From the NCBI GenBank assembly GCA_964350985.1, contig CAYGLK010000001.1:158636-222635 (forward strand): 64,000 nt of DNA. Reading direction: 5' to 3'. The notes below the pieces were generated by a model that was not told where the DNA came from, made no database searches, and saw only the letters and a program-made list of their open reading frames with translations. Below are positions 16,178-24,465 of the stretch, one piece after another. How positions within the stretch are numbered: the stretch's first letter is position 1; the number at the start of each line of letters is the position of its first letter. This DNA comes from an uncultured Candidatus Saccharibacteria bacterium. GTDB lineage: Bacteria > Patescibacteriota > Minisyncoccia > Phycocordibacterales > UBA918. Position numbers and translations under genes: made by a program.

Positions 16178-16203
16178 GCTCCGGCGGTAGGATTCGAACC
16201 TAC
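16178..16203 (-). repeat. Perfect 26-nt direct repeat of the tRNA-Asn 3' end (T-arm + acceptor 3' strand), att-site-like
   Basis: gctccggcggtaggattcgaacctac is identical to 16309-16334 inside and abutting the tRNA, 131 bp away, in the same orientation. Confidence 0.8.
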
Positions 16204-16276
16204 TTGGACAAACGAAAAAGGACCTGAAAGTTTATTTTCAAGTCACTTTTGAGTGCAGTTCAAGAAAGCTATGCTT

Positions 16277-16292
16277 ACGACCAACTCGTTAA
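16277..16292 (-). repeat. 16-nt duplicate of the tRNA-Asn anticodon-arm region
   Basis: acgaccaactcgttaa is identical to 16335-16350 within the tRNA gene. Confidence 0.5.
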
Positions 16293-16309
16293 GGGGAATC
16301 ATTTTTGGG

Positions 16310-16381
16310 CTCCGGCGGTAGGATTCGAACCTACGACCAACTCGTTAACAGCGAGCTGCTCTACCGCTGAGCTACGCCGGA
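16310..16381 (-). tRNA. tRNA-Asn (anticodon GTT), 72 nt; CCA not encoded
   Basis: Manual cloverleaf: TCCGGCG-TA-GCTC-AGCGGTA-GAGC-A-GCTCG-CTGTTAA-CGAGT-TGGTC-GTAGG-TTCGAAT-CCTAC-CGCCGGA-G. It has a 7-bp acceptor stem, a D-loop with GG, a TTCGAAT T-loop and anticodon GTT. Confidence 0.88.
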
Positions 16382-16501
16382 GCCCAAAAATTATTCATTA
16401 TTTAAATTTTAACAGCTCACCTTCTTACAGAAGCTGTTCAGGTTGTCGCCATTGTCATGGCTGGCAACCTCTTGCGAAAGCCTACAAGGCTTTCTCACTC
16501 C

Positions 16502-16520
16502 ACCGCTCCGCTACGCCGGA
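16502..16520 (-). repeat. Degenerate partial copy of the tRNA-Asn 5' half (acceptor 5' strand + D-arm), located upstream of the intact gene
   Basis: caccgctccgctacgccgga vs the tRNA's taccgctgagctacgccgga: about 17/20 identical. Confidence 0.45.
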
Positions 16521-16601
16521 AAATGCTCATGTTTAGCTATTCTTTAGCTGAACGTCACCATTGTACAGAAAAGTAATGATTATTCAACTATTACTGTAAT
16601 C

Positions 16602-16640
16602 CACAGGTGAGGGAATCAGTAAAACGTAGTATAATGAAAT
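16602..16640 (+). repeat. Degenerate family-1-like segment carrying a perfect TATAAT about 20 nt upstream of the glutaredoxin-like gene; a probable -10 promoter element
   Basis: cacaggtgagggaatcagtaaaacgtagtataatgaaa vs family-1 cgctgggtgagggaagttcgaactttagtataaaaaga. Confidence 0.35.
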
Positions 16641-16663
16641 TATTAAAAGGTTAAATGTATTAT

Positions 16664-16969
16664 ATGCTTACACTTTACTACAAACCAACTTGCGCATTCT
16701 GCCGTCGAGTTTTAGCGGTCATTGACCGTCTGGAGCTAGAGGCAGAGCTAAAAGATATCAGTGAAGATACAGCACTTGAAGCTGAACTGATTGCTCTTGG
16801 AGGCAAGAAGGCAGTGCCTTACTTGGTAGACGCAGATAAGGGTGTCTCGATGTACGAATCAGATGATATCGTGAACCACCTACAAACTACTTATGGAAAA
16901 GCGACCACCACAGCGACACGACCACGTATGCATATTGGCGATAATGTCTGTGTTTCTTGCGAAGGTTAA
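16664..16969 (+). CDS. glutaredoxin-like thiol-disulfide oxidoreductase
   Basis: YYKPTCAFCRRV carries a CxxC motif near the N-terminus of a thioredoxin-fold-sized protein. The start is taken at MLTLYY (the track ORF begins 9 nt earlier). Confidence 0.6.
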   Translation: MLTLYYKPTCAFCRRVLAVIDRLELEAELKDISEDTALEAELIALGGKKAVPYLVDADKGVSMYESDDIVNHLQTTYGKATTTATRPRMHIGDNVCVSCEG

Positions 16970-16975
16970 TCTTGC

Positions 16976-17221
16976 ATGTATATAAGAGTGGCGGTTTGGC
17001 CCGGATCTAAAAAGGAAGAAGTTAAAAAAACAAAAGAAAACTACTTTGAAATCAGGGTAAAAGAACCAGCAGAGAGGAACCTGGCTAATAAAAGATTAAA
17101 AGAAATACTAGCCCAAGAATTTGAAGTCAGCACAGGCTCTGTACGTTTAGTCTCAGGGCATCAGTCAAGCAGAAAAATATTTTCATTACCAGATGAGGTA
17201 ACCGATAATAAAAAACAATGA
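16976..17221 (+). CDS. DUF167/YggU family protein
   Basis: MYIRVAVWPGSKKEEV...ANKRLKEILAQEFEVSTGSVRLVSGHQSSRKIF matches the UPF0235 pattern. Confidence 0.65.
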   Translation: MYIRVAVWPGSKKEEVKKTKENYFEIRVKEPAERNLANKRLKEILAQEFEVSTGSVRLVSGHQSSRKIFSLPDEVTDNKKQ

Positions 17222-17586
17222 TCTTCAAAAATATAACATTCAAACATACCAATATAGAGACCGATCAAAAACTGGACGCTTTGGTAGAACAAAAATTAGT
17301 CTCACTAGAAAAATATCTAGACCAAGGACATGAAGTAAGGGCCGAAGTAGAGTTTGAAAAAATACCTTCGCATAAAACGGGACTAATCTGTCGTCTGGAA
17401 ATAAATGTTTGGTCAGGAGGAACTTTGTACCGAGCTGAGACAACCGAAGAAACTTTTGAGATGGCGATAGACGTAGTCAGAAATGAATTAGATCAAGAAA
17501 TGCGTCGAGCTCACAAAAAACACCACAGTCTTATCAGAAGAGGAGGACGAAAAATTAAAGAGATGATGCGCTGGGGAGGGAAGTAG
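17218..17586 (+). CDS. hpf: ribosome hibernation promoting factor / RaiA family
   Basis: The N-terminus MIFKNITFKHTNIETDQKLDALVEQKLVSLEKY.. follows the YfiA/HPF pattern. Size 122 aa, with a basic C-tail. Confidence 0.75.
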   Translation: MIFKNITFKHTNIETDQKLDALVEQKLVSLEKYLDQGHEVRAEVEFEKIPSHKTGLICRLEINVWSGGTLYRAETTEETFEMAIDVVRNELDQEMRRAHKKHHSLIRRGGRKIKEMMRWGGK

Positions 17587-17601
17587 AAAAGCTTAATAAA
17601 A

Positions 17602-17640
17602 ACCAGTCTAAGGAAACTCCTTAGACTGGTTTTTATTTTG
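17602..17640 (+). terminator. Rho-independent terminator after hpf
   Basis: ccagtctaagg-aaactc-cttagactgg followed by TTTTTATTTTG. Confidence 0.6.
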
Positions 17641-17687
17641 TCCCCATAACTTTAAGGACGACTTATTTAAAGGGGTATAATTAGTCA

Positions 17688-18350
17688 ATGAAGAAAATCC
17701 TATCTTTTATCACGACACTATCACTCTTAGGTGGTGTTTTTCCAACCTTGGTTGTGCCAGAGATAGTCACGGCGCAAGGTGATGATTATTGTGCCGAGTA
17801 TTATGGTGACTATGTTCCGAGTAGCTCAAACTTTACCGCCCATGGTTTAACTAAGGTAGAAGTAGCTTTCTCGGATATTTGGAGCGTAGAACCAGGTATG
17901 GGCGGTGGTAATACTATGCCAGTACCCGGTCCGTTCTTGCCAGAAACTCAAGGACATTATTTGACTATACCAATTGTCTTTACTGGTGATCAGATAGGGA
18001 ATGGATCAGTTCAGACAAACTTTTCATTTGTAGAATGGCAGCCCCGGCCAAATATAGATTACCCGGTTGTGACCCATTCAATTTCTTACTCAATTAGTCC
18101 ATGTCCTGGAGATTTTCGACCAGTAGTACAAAATTCACCTGATCCATATCTACGTTTTTCTTGTCGTGGTGGATCTCCTACGATTTCTGGTAATTTTTCT
18201 TTAAGTAGCATTGCTTCTTTGGCAGGCTGTCCGACACCTAAAGGAAAAAAGCTTTACTTAAATATTGCTACTTACAATATGTTTTTGTCAGATTTGCCAT
18301 TTGACCAGTACTGTACAAGTACTTGTGGGGTAGCCTTAAGAGTGCAATAG
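17688..18350 (+). CDS. hypothetical secreted protein with a signal peptide
   Basis: MKKILSFITTLSLLGGVFPTLVVPEIVTAQG is a signal-peptide-like N-terminus; there are several Cys residues. Confidence 0.5.
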   Translation: MKKILSFITTLSLLGGVFPTLVVPEIVTAQGDDYCAEYYGDYVPSSSNFTAHGLTKVEVAFSDIWSVEPGMGGGNTMPVPGPFLPETQGHYLTIPIVFTGDQIGNGSVQTNFSFVEWQPRPNIDYPVVTHSISYSISPCPGDFRPVVQNSPDPYLRFSCRGGSPTISGNFSLSSIASLAGCPTPKGKKLYLNIATYNMFLSDLPFDQYCTSTCGVALRVQ

Positions 18351-18367
18351 AATTTTTAATTGGATAT

Positions 18368-19225
18368 TTAAGAGAAATAGACAGAGAAGTCCATTTCTTT
18401 TTTACCTTCGGGAACGATGCTTCCGATAACTAAATGTCCTCGATTATCTATTTCAGCACTTTTGATTTTTATTCTTTTTCCTTCATGAATAAAAAATGTT
18501 TCTGGCCAACCAGCAAAAGCGCGAATCTTGAGTAACATTTGATAGGCGTCTTTACCACTAGGTAAGTTGCGTGGGTCTATTTCAAGTTGACTCATTTCTT
18601 TGGTGATCTTGGTACAAAAAGTTGCTTCTTCGTGGTTCTGTTCAGTTGGGGTAATTTCAGCATTTAAATATTCAGTCAAAGTAACTGAAAGTAGATCACC
18701 ACCAAGTTCAGCTAAAATCTGATCCAAGACTAGTCCATCCATTGGCCATTCAGTCTCCGGAATACGAGCCTTCTCTTGAGTCAAAATTGGTCCGTGATCC
18801 ATTTTTTCATCAAGTAGCATTACTGATACGCCAGTGTTTCTTTCGTCATTTAAAATTGCACTACGAATTGGACTAGCGCCACGAAATTTTGGTAGTAAGG
18901 AAGGATGTACATTCAAGACTCCTTTTTTAGGTAAGTCTAAAAGCCACTTAGGCAAAATCTTGCCATATGCAACTACGATAAAAACATCCCAGTTAGTTTT
19001 ACTTAATTCTGCAGCTACACTTTCGTCCTTTAGAGTTTCTGGCTGAAGCAGTGAGATTGAGTTTTCACGTGCATAGAAAGCAGCGGGTGGGGGAGTAAGG
19101 ATACCTTTCCTTCCTACCTTAGCATCAGGATTACTGATAATAAGATCTGGAATTATATTAGCTAACTTGAGTCTTTTTAAAACAGTGACAGCAATTTCCG
19201 GAGTGCCAAAAAAAGCTATTTTCAT
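18368..19225 (-). CDS. fmt: methionyl-tRNA formyltransferase
   Basis: MKIAFFGTPEIAV... and HPSLLPKFRGASPI are Fmt signatures. It sits immediately downstream of def with a 4-nt overlap. Confidence 0.85.
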   Translation of the reverse strand: MKIAFFGTPEIAVTVLKRLKLANIIPDLIISNPDAKVGRKGILTPPPAAFYARENSISLLQPETLKDESVAAELSKTNWDVFIVVAYGKILPKWLLDLPKKGVLNVHPSLLPKFRGASPIRSAILNDERNTGVSVMLLDEKMDHGPILTQEKARIPETEWPMDGLVLDQILAELGGDLLSVTLTEYLNAEITPTEQNHEEATFCTKITKEMSQLEIDPRNLPSGKDAYQMLLKIRAFAGWPETFFIHEGKRIKIKSAEIDNRGHLVIGSIVPEGKKEMDFSVYFS

Positions 19226-19755
19226 GTAAGTGGAGCTTCGCTTCGATCTTTATCTTTCATGTCTTCTTTAGTCCAAATTTTTTCAGCGCGATCAGTAAAT
19301 AAGATTCCATCCAAGTGATCAGTTTCGTGTTGAATAATTTGAGCTAAAAGCCCACCAGCGCCACGAGAAAATGGTTTTCCATTTTCATCTAGTGCCTCTA
19401 GAGTGACATTTGTAGATCTTTTGACAGTGCCGTAGCGGTCAGGAATTGAAAGACAACCCTCACCGACTATGTGGGTTTTTTTAGAAAACTTAGTAATTTT
19501 TGGATTAACAGCAATGATAGTTGGTAGCCGGTCCTCTTCACCACTTTGGTCTTCGATGATAAACAGACGCTTACTAACTCCAATTTGTGGGGAAGCAATA
19601 GCAACAGCAGTATAGCCGTCTATTTTATAGGTTTTAATAGCTTGCCTCAGGTCTTTAAGGAGTTTTTTTACACTACCGTCAGCAAACTCTGCTGGTGTGA
19701 TTTCCTCAGCAATAGTATGTAAAGCAGGATGGTTTTCTGGTACTAATTTAGCCAT
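19222..19755 (-). CDS. def: peptide deformylase
   Basis: EGCLSIP and QHETDHLDG are the conserved Def motifs. Confidence 0.9.
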   Translation of the reverse strand: MAKLVPENHPALHTIAEEITPAEFADGSVKKLLKDLRQAIKTYKIDGYTAVAIASPQIGVSKRLFIIEDQSGEEDRLPTIIAVNPKITKFSKKTHIVGEGCLSIPDRYGTVKRSTNVTLEALDENGKPFSRGAGGLLAQIIQHETDHLDGILFTDRAEKIWTKEDMKDKDRSEAPLT

Positions 19756-19798
19756 ATTTATGTGTCTTAATTATAGCAAACTAACATAAGGAGTGAAA

Positions 19799-21724
19799 TT
19801 AGACAATTCTGCCGGGGTCAATTTCAATTCGGATATACGGCGGTAATTTTTTTAATTTTGTCATAAAGTCCTCCGCTTCTTTTCCACTACGATTTATTTT
19901 AAAGAGAGCGTGTCTGAGGATTTTATCGTCACTAGAATTAGGGTTGTTGTAGTAACTGGCTGTGTGCGGGCTAGCGATAGTCTCAATAACTTTCTCAGTG
20001 TTAGTGACCACCTCTTTATTTCCGGTCCAGCTGAGTAAGACAAAAGTAACCACTGGAGGGTACTGAAGGGCTTCTCTTAGTTGAATCTCCTCATTATAAA
20101 AAGCTTCTAAGCTACCATGTTTAGCGCTCTCTAAAACGGAGTCTGGTTTGATTCTGGTTTGAACCATCACTTCTTGGTTAGATAACTCGCGGAGTTCTAA
20201 AAGTAGTTTAAAGATATTCTCATCAGCTCGCCAAGTCGGATTTGACCTAGCTGCATCAAGAGAGACTATGGTACTTAGATCAACTCCGTTTAAAGCAAGG
20301 TAGGGAAGACACATCTGCGTTCCCACTAAAATAGAACTACGATTTTCATAAAATTCGGCTATTATTTTTTCAGCCCGTTTACGGGTGGAACCCATAATGT
20401 GATCTAGGAGGAATATCTTACTATTTGGGAATTGAGTAACAGCTTCGTCGTAAACGTGTTGAATACCAATGCCACGTGCTCGCAACCTCCAAGAGCCACA
20501 AGAAGGACAAGTATCAGCAGCGCGAATTTTCTTACCAGAAGTACCAGAAACAAACCAACGCTCCTCCTCACCTGACTTGTTGATTGTTTTAACTAGAGAG
20601 TATGGTGTTTCGGAGTCAGGGCAACGAAAGATGTATCCACAGTCAATACAAGTAACTACCGGAGCGATACCCCTTCTGGCACCATAAATAAAGACACGTC
20701 CCTTACCTTCAAGAATACTATTAACCCGTGCTGTCAGTTCCTTTGAAAATAAGACAAAAGGTTTTTCTGGGGTGGATTTATCTTTTTGTTCAATAATGGT
20801 TAAGGGAGAAGAAAAAGCAATTCTTTTAGTTTCGCTGTTGAAAGTGTTGTAAGTTTCCATTCGCCTGCGGTACTCGTCTTCTGTTCTAGGTAAAACATCA
20901 CCAAGAAGAATACTGCGACCAGTGATGGCAGCGTAAGTAGTGAGGGCGGTACGGTGATCAAAGTAGGGACGTAACTGACTACGGTAGGTTTCGTTGGCTG
21001 ATTTTTCAACTACCACAGATATGAGATCAACTCGATCAAGATAAGCATGAGATGGGGTAGTGATGATAAGACGAGCTAGGGTTGTATCTTCAAAGGCGGC
21101 GTAGGCTTTTTCTTGCTCGTGTTTACTAGCAGAAGGTGAGAAGACCACAACTCTGTCTTCGATACCTTGAGCAAGATGTTTTTTGGCGTATGCGATATGA
21201 GCTGAAGTGGGGACAATAAACATCACTGATCCACGTCTAGCTAAGACACTACGGATATGGCTCCGATATGAAATATAACGATCAGCAATAGCTGCTGTTA
21301 GTAGTTGAGGCACTGTATCCTCGTCATGAACGAGAGAAGAAACAATTGGATACTGATATTGGCCAGTGCGAACGTCAGGTGGAAGTAGTTGATACAAAAT
21401 AGCACCGATTGAGCTAGGATATATTTTTGTCAGTTTTTCAGCAGTTAACTGAATATTTTTTGGGACAACTGACTCTGGTGTTTGTTCTGGTAGTTTACGA
21501 AGTGTAAAAGAAGCTGTTTTAAGTGAACTTTTACTTTCACTAACCGGCTTTACTTCAGTCACAACAGCTCGGTGAGTTTTTCCGCGGATGGGTATGTTGA
21601 GAAAAGTACCTATCTGGTACTCCACCTTACTGTAATACGACAGCGAGTCGATTTTTGTGCCGCGAATTAGGGGAATTACCTGAATAACAAACATGTGAAG
21701 GTCATTGTAACAGACTTCCGCCAA
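19799..21724 (-). CDS. priA: primosomal protein N' (PriA)-like, with non-canonical helicase motifs
   Basis: The N-terminal 3'-DNA-binding-domain-like region and the Cys4 zinc region (CIDCGY..CPDSE...CPSCGSW) are typical of PriA. The expected Walker A (GxxGxGKT) and DExH are not seen: the aligned segments read ...RGSVMFIVPTSAHIAYAKK... and VVVEKSANETY. The gene order is the conserved priA-def-fmt. Confidence 0.65.
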   Translation of the reverse strand: MAEVCYNDLHMFVIQVIPLIRGTKIDSLSYYSKVEYQIGTFLNIPIRGKTHRAVVTEVKPVSESKSSLKTASFTLRKLPEQTPESVVPKNIQLTAEKLTKIYPSSIGAILYQLLPPDVRTGQYQYPIVSSLVHDEDTVPQLLTAAIADRYISYRSHIRSVLARRGSVMFIVPTSAHIAYAKKHLAQGIEDRVVVFSPSASKHEQEKAYAAFEDTTLARLIITTPSHAYLDRVDLISVVVEKSANETYRSQLRPYFDHRTALTTYAAITGRSILLGDVLPRTEDEYRRRMETYNTFNSETKRIAFSSPLTIIEQKDKSTPEKPFVLFSKELTARVNSILEGKGRVFIYGARRGIAPVVTCIDCGYIFRCPDSETPYSLVKTINKSGEEERWFVSGTSGKKIRAADTCPSCGSWRLRARGIGIQHVYDEAVTQFPNSKIFLLDHIMGSTRKRAEKIIAEFYENRSSILVGTQMCLPYLALNGVDLSTIVSLDAARSNPTWRADENIFKLLLELRELSNQEVMVQTRIKPDSVLESAKHGSLEAFYNEEIQLREALQYPPVVTFVLLSWTGNKEVVTNTEKVIETIASPHTASYYNNPNSSDDKILRHALFKINRSGKEAEDFMTKLKKLPPYIRIEIDPGRIV

Positions 21725-21760
21725 GCGGTCAGATTTTAGCTTTTTATTCTAGAATAGAGA

Positions 21761-23260
21761 CTAAACTTCGTCCAAGTAAGACAGTTTGGCGCCGATAGAT
21801 GATAGACGTTCAACTAAGTTCTCGTATCCGCGTTTGATGCTGTAGATGTTGCGTAAGACACTATGTCCTTCAGCTCCAAGCATGGCTACTAGAAGAATAG
21901 TGGCTGGCCGTAGGGCAGGTGGGCAGATCAACTCTGTAGACTTTAGTTTTGTTGGTCCAGTTATATAGATACGGTGCGGGTCAGCCAAAGCGGTGTCAGC
22001 TCCAAGTTTTTCAAGTTCGGTAAAGTAGATAGCTCTTTTTTCATACATCCAATCATGAATTAGAGTTTGTCCTTCAGCTTGTGTGGCGATAGCTGCAAAG
22101 AAAGGAAGGTTGTCTGCATTTAGTCCTGGGTAGGGTCTAGAGTGAATTTTTTCTGGAGAAGCAGTGAGCTTGCTGTTTTTTATTTTAAGGTCCACTAGTT
22201 TAGTTACACCGTTGTGTGAGAAGTAAACTTTTGACTTTGTGTATTCGAGTCCCATTTTTTCTAACACTAGTAATTCCAGTTCCAGAAACTCTATCGGGCA
22301 GCGGGTGATAGTTAAGTTTGATTTGGTGACAATGGCTGCTGCAATAAAAAACATACTATCGGTTGGGTCTTCAGCTAAGTTGTATTCTATCGGGGTGTTG
22401 ATTTCAGCTATACCGGTAACTGTCAGTGTAGTAGTACCAATTCCTTCGATTTTTACTCCTAGTTTTTGTAAGAAAATACAAATCTCTTGCACCATGTAGT
22501 TGGCTGAGGCGTATTTGATTATGGTTGTGGTTGGTGTTTTCGCTGCGGCAAAAAGAGCATTTTCAGTTACTGTGTCACCAGACTCATAAAGAATGATCTC
22601 ACTAGGAGTTGCTGGTACTTTAGTAACGTTATAAGAGGTTGCAGTGGTTTCAATATTGACGCCAAAGTTCTCCAGGGCGTAGAAATGAGGACGTACTGTT
22701 CGACTGCCAAGTTTGCAGCCACCAGTTTGAGGAAGACTGAATTTATCCATTAAGTGGATTAGTGGTCCGATAAACATCACAATACTTCGAGTTTTTTTGG
22801 CAGCTTCGATATCAATTTTCTTTAGGTCGATTTTCTTTGGTGGAGTAATCTTGAGATTGTTTCCTTGCCATTCTATTTTTACACCAATACTTTCAAGTAC
22901 TTCGATAATACGATGAACTTCTTCAATCCGAGGCATGTGATGCAAGGTGGTGGAGCTTCTGTTTAGAAGGCTGGCACAAAGGAGTCCAACAGCACCGTTT
23001 TTTGAAGTGTTTGTTTCGATGGTTCCAGAGAGTTTTTTACCACCATCAATTTGAATATTATAGCCACCAGGTGAGAGGCTGATAATGTTTTGTCCCAGAG
23101 CCTGACTGACCTTGGATAAGGTGTCAGTACTGATGTTTTGTTTACCTGACTCTAGTCTGGCGATAGCGCTTTGAGTAGTTTTCATTTTTTTGGCTAAAGC
23201 TGCTTGGGTGATACCCTTACTTTCTCTAACCTTAGTAATACGTTGTCCGATATTTTTCAT
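21761..23260 (-). CDS. murA: UDP-N-acetylglucosamine 1-carboxyvinyltransferase (MurA) with an N-terminal XRE-type helix-turn-helix domain
   Basis: The HTH reads MKNIGQRITKVRESKGITQAALAKKMKTTQSAIARLESGKQNISTDTLSKVSQALG. MurA motifs are LSGTIETNTSKNGAVGLLCASLL and the active-site region LPQTGGCKLGSRTVRPH. The track ORF starts 87 nt further upstream; MKNIGQ at 23260 is the more likely start. Confidence 0.8.
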   Translation of the reverse strand: MKNIGQRITKVRESKGITQAALAKKMKTTQSAIARLESGKQNISTDTLSKVSQALGQNIISLSPGGYNIQIDGGKKLSGTIETNTSKNGAVGLLCASLLNRSSTTLHHMPRIEEVHRIIEVLESIGVKIEWQGNNLKITPPKKIDLKKIDIEAAKKTRSIVMFIGPLIHLMDKFSLPQTGGCKLGSRTVRPHFYALENFGVNIETTATSYNVTKVPATPSEIILYESGDTVTENALFAAAKTPTTTIIKYASANYMVQEICIFLQKLGVKIEGIGTTTLTVTGIAEINTPIEYNLAEDPTDSMFFIAAAIVTKSNLTITRCPIEFLELELLVLEKMGLEYTKSKVYFSHNGVTKLVDLKIKNSKLTASPEKIHSRPYPGLNADNLPFFAAIATQAEGQTLIHDWMYEKRAIYFTELEKLGADTALADPHRIYITGPTKLKSTELICPPALRPATILLVAMLGAEGHSVLRNIYSIKRGYENLVERLSSIGAKLSYLDEV

Positions 23261-23273
23261 AATAGAGTTGATT

Positions 23274-23289
23274 ATAGCATATATGCTAT
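23274..23289. promoter_or_regulatory. Perfect 16-bp palindrome ATAGCATATATGCTAT 14 nt upstream of the HTH-MurA start, in the divergent murA/mreB region; a candidate operator
   Basis: Seen directly; it is its own reverse complement. Confidence 0.35.
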
Positions 23290-23355
23290 AAGTTGTAACT
23301 TTGTTATGTGGAGGAAAAACGTAGTATAGTATAGGACCTAATAACATGATAAATA

Positions 23356-24372
23356 ATGTTCTGGAATAACTTAACTCCTAAAATCGGTATTGATCTTGGT
23401 ACAACTAGTATCTTGGTTTTTGTTCCTGGACAAGGGATTATTCTAAACGAACCATCGGTGGTAGCAGTGTCAGATGATAATCAAGTTTTGGCAGTAGGAG
23501 TCGAGGCTAAAAGAATGATTGGTAGAACCCCTGATAGCATTAGAGCGTATCGTCCTATGAAAGATGGAGTGATTGCTGACTACAGAGTAACTGAAGTGAT
23601 GTTGCGTTATTTTATCAGGAAGGCTCTAAGCCGCTACAACCTCTTTAAGCCAGACGTGATGGTCTCTGTACCAGCGGGGGTTACTTCTACTGAAAGAAGA
23701 GCGGTTGTAGAGGCGACCATAAAAGCTGGAGCCAGAAATGCTTATGTAGTTAAAGAGCCGATCTTGGCGGCTATTGGTGCAGGAGTACCTATATATGAAC
23801 CTCAAGGTCATATGATCGTCGACATTGGGGGAGGAACAATAGACGTGGCAGTAATTTCTCTTGGAGGAATAGTAGCCGCTAACTCCGTGAAGTGCGCTGG
23901 AAATAGAATAGACGCTGCGATTATCGACTACGTCAAAAAAACTCGTAATCTGTCGATTGGAGATAAGACCGCTGAAGAAATTAAAATTAAAATCGGTTCA
24001 GCTTTACCTTTGGAAGAAGAGTTAATGATGGAGGTCAAAGGGAGAGATGTTTTGTCGGGCCTACCGCGTACAGCTGAAGTTCGTACTAATGAAGTGGTGC
24101 GAGCAATTGGGCGTGAATTACGTGAGATGATTAAAGCGATCAAAGACGTGTTCCAAAACACACCACCTGAGCTTGCTGCCGATATTATTGACGGCGGAAT
24201 TATTATGACTGGAGGAACTTCACAATTACGCAATTTTCCTGAGTTAGTAAAAAGGCGTTCGGGGGTTAAAGCTTTCTTGGCCGATCAGGCACTATTTTGT
24301 GTAGCGACTGGTACTGGAATCGCACTGGAACACTTAGATACATATAAACGAACTGTTTTAGCAAAGAGATAA
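23356..24372 (+). CDS. mreB: rod shape-determining protein MreB (actin homolog)
   Basis: IGIDLGTTSILVF..., DIGGGTIDVAV and other actin-fold motifs. Confidence 0.9.
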   Translation: MFWNNLTPKIGIDLGTTSILVFVPGQGIILNEPSVVAVSDDNQVLAVGVEAKRMIGRTPDSIRAYRPMKDGVIADYRVTEVMLRYFIRKALSRYNLFKPDVMVSVPAGVTSTERRAVVEATIKAGARNAYVVKEPILAAIGAGVPIYEPQGHMIVDIGGGTIDVAVISLGGIVAANSVKCAGNRIDAAIIDYVKKTRNLSIGDKTAEEIKIKIGSALPLEEELMMEVKGRDVLSGLPRTAEVRTNEVVRAIGRELREMIKAIKDVFQNTPPELAADIIDGGIIMTGGTSQLRNFPELVKRRSGVKAFLADQALFCVATGTGIALEHLDTYKRTVLAKR

Positions 24373-24465
24373 ATAAAAGAATCGCAGCCTTTGGCTGCGA
24401 TTCTTTTATTAAGACAGGGGATTTCAGGCAGACATATATTACTCCCTCCTGCTACACTAGAGTGA

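Noticed and set aside
16249-16536. 95-aa plus-strand ORF
   Set aside because: It reads straight through the tRNA-Asn gene and its fragments (..APAVGFEPTT.. is the tRNA T-arm), so it is not a real CDS.
7325-16640. Possibility that the intergenic repeats are a CRISPR array
   Set aside because: The repeats are not identical, not regularly spaced (0.7-2.3 kb apart) and are separated by genes rather than short spacers. There are no cas genes.
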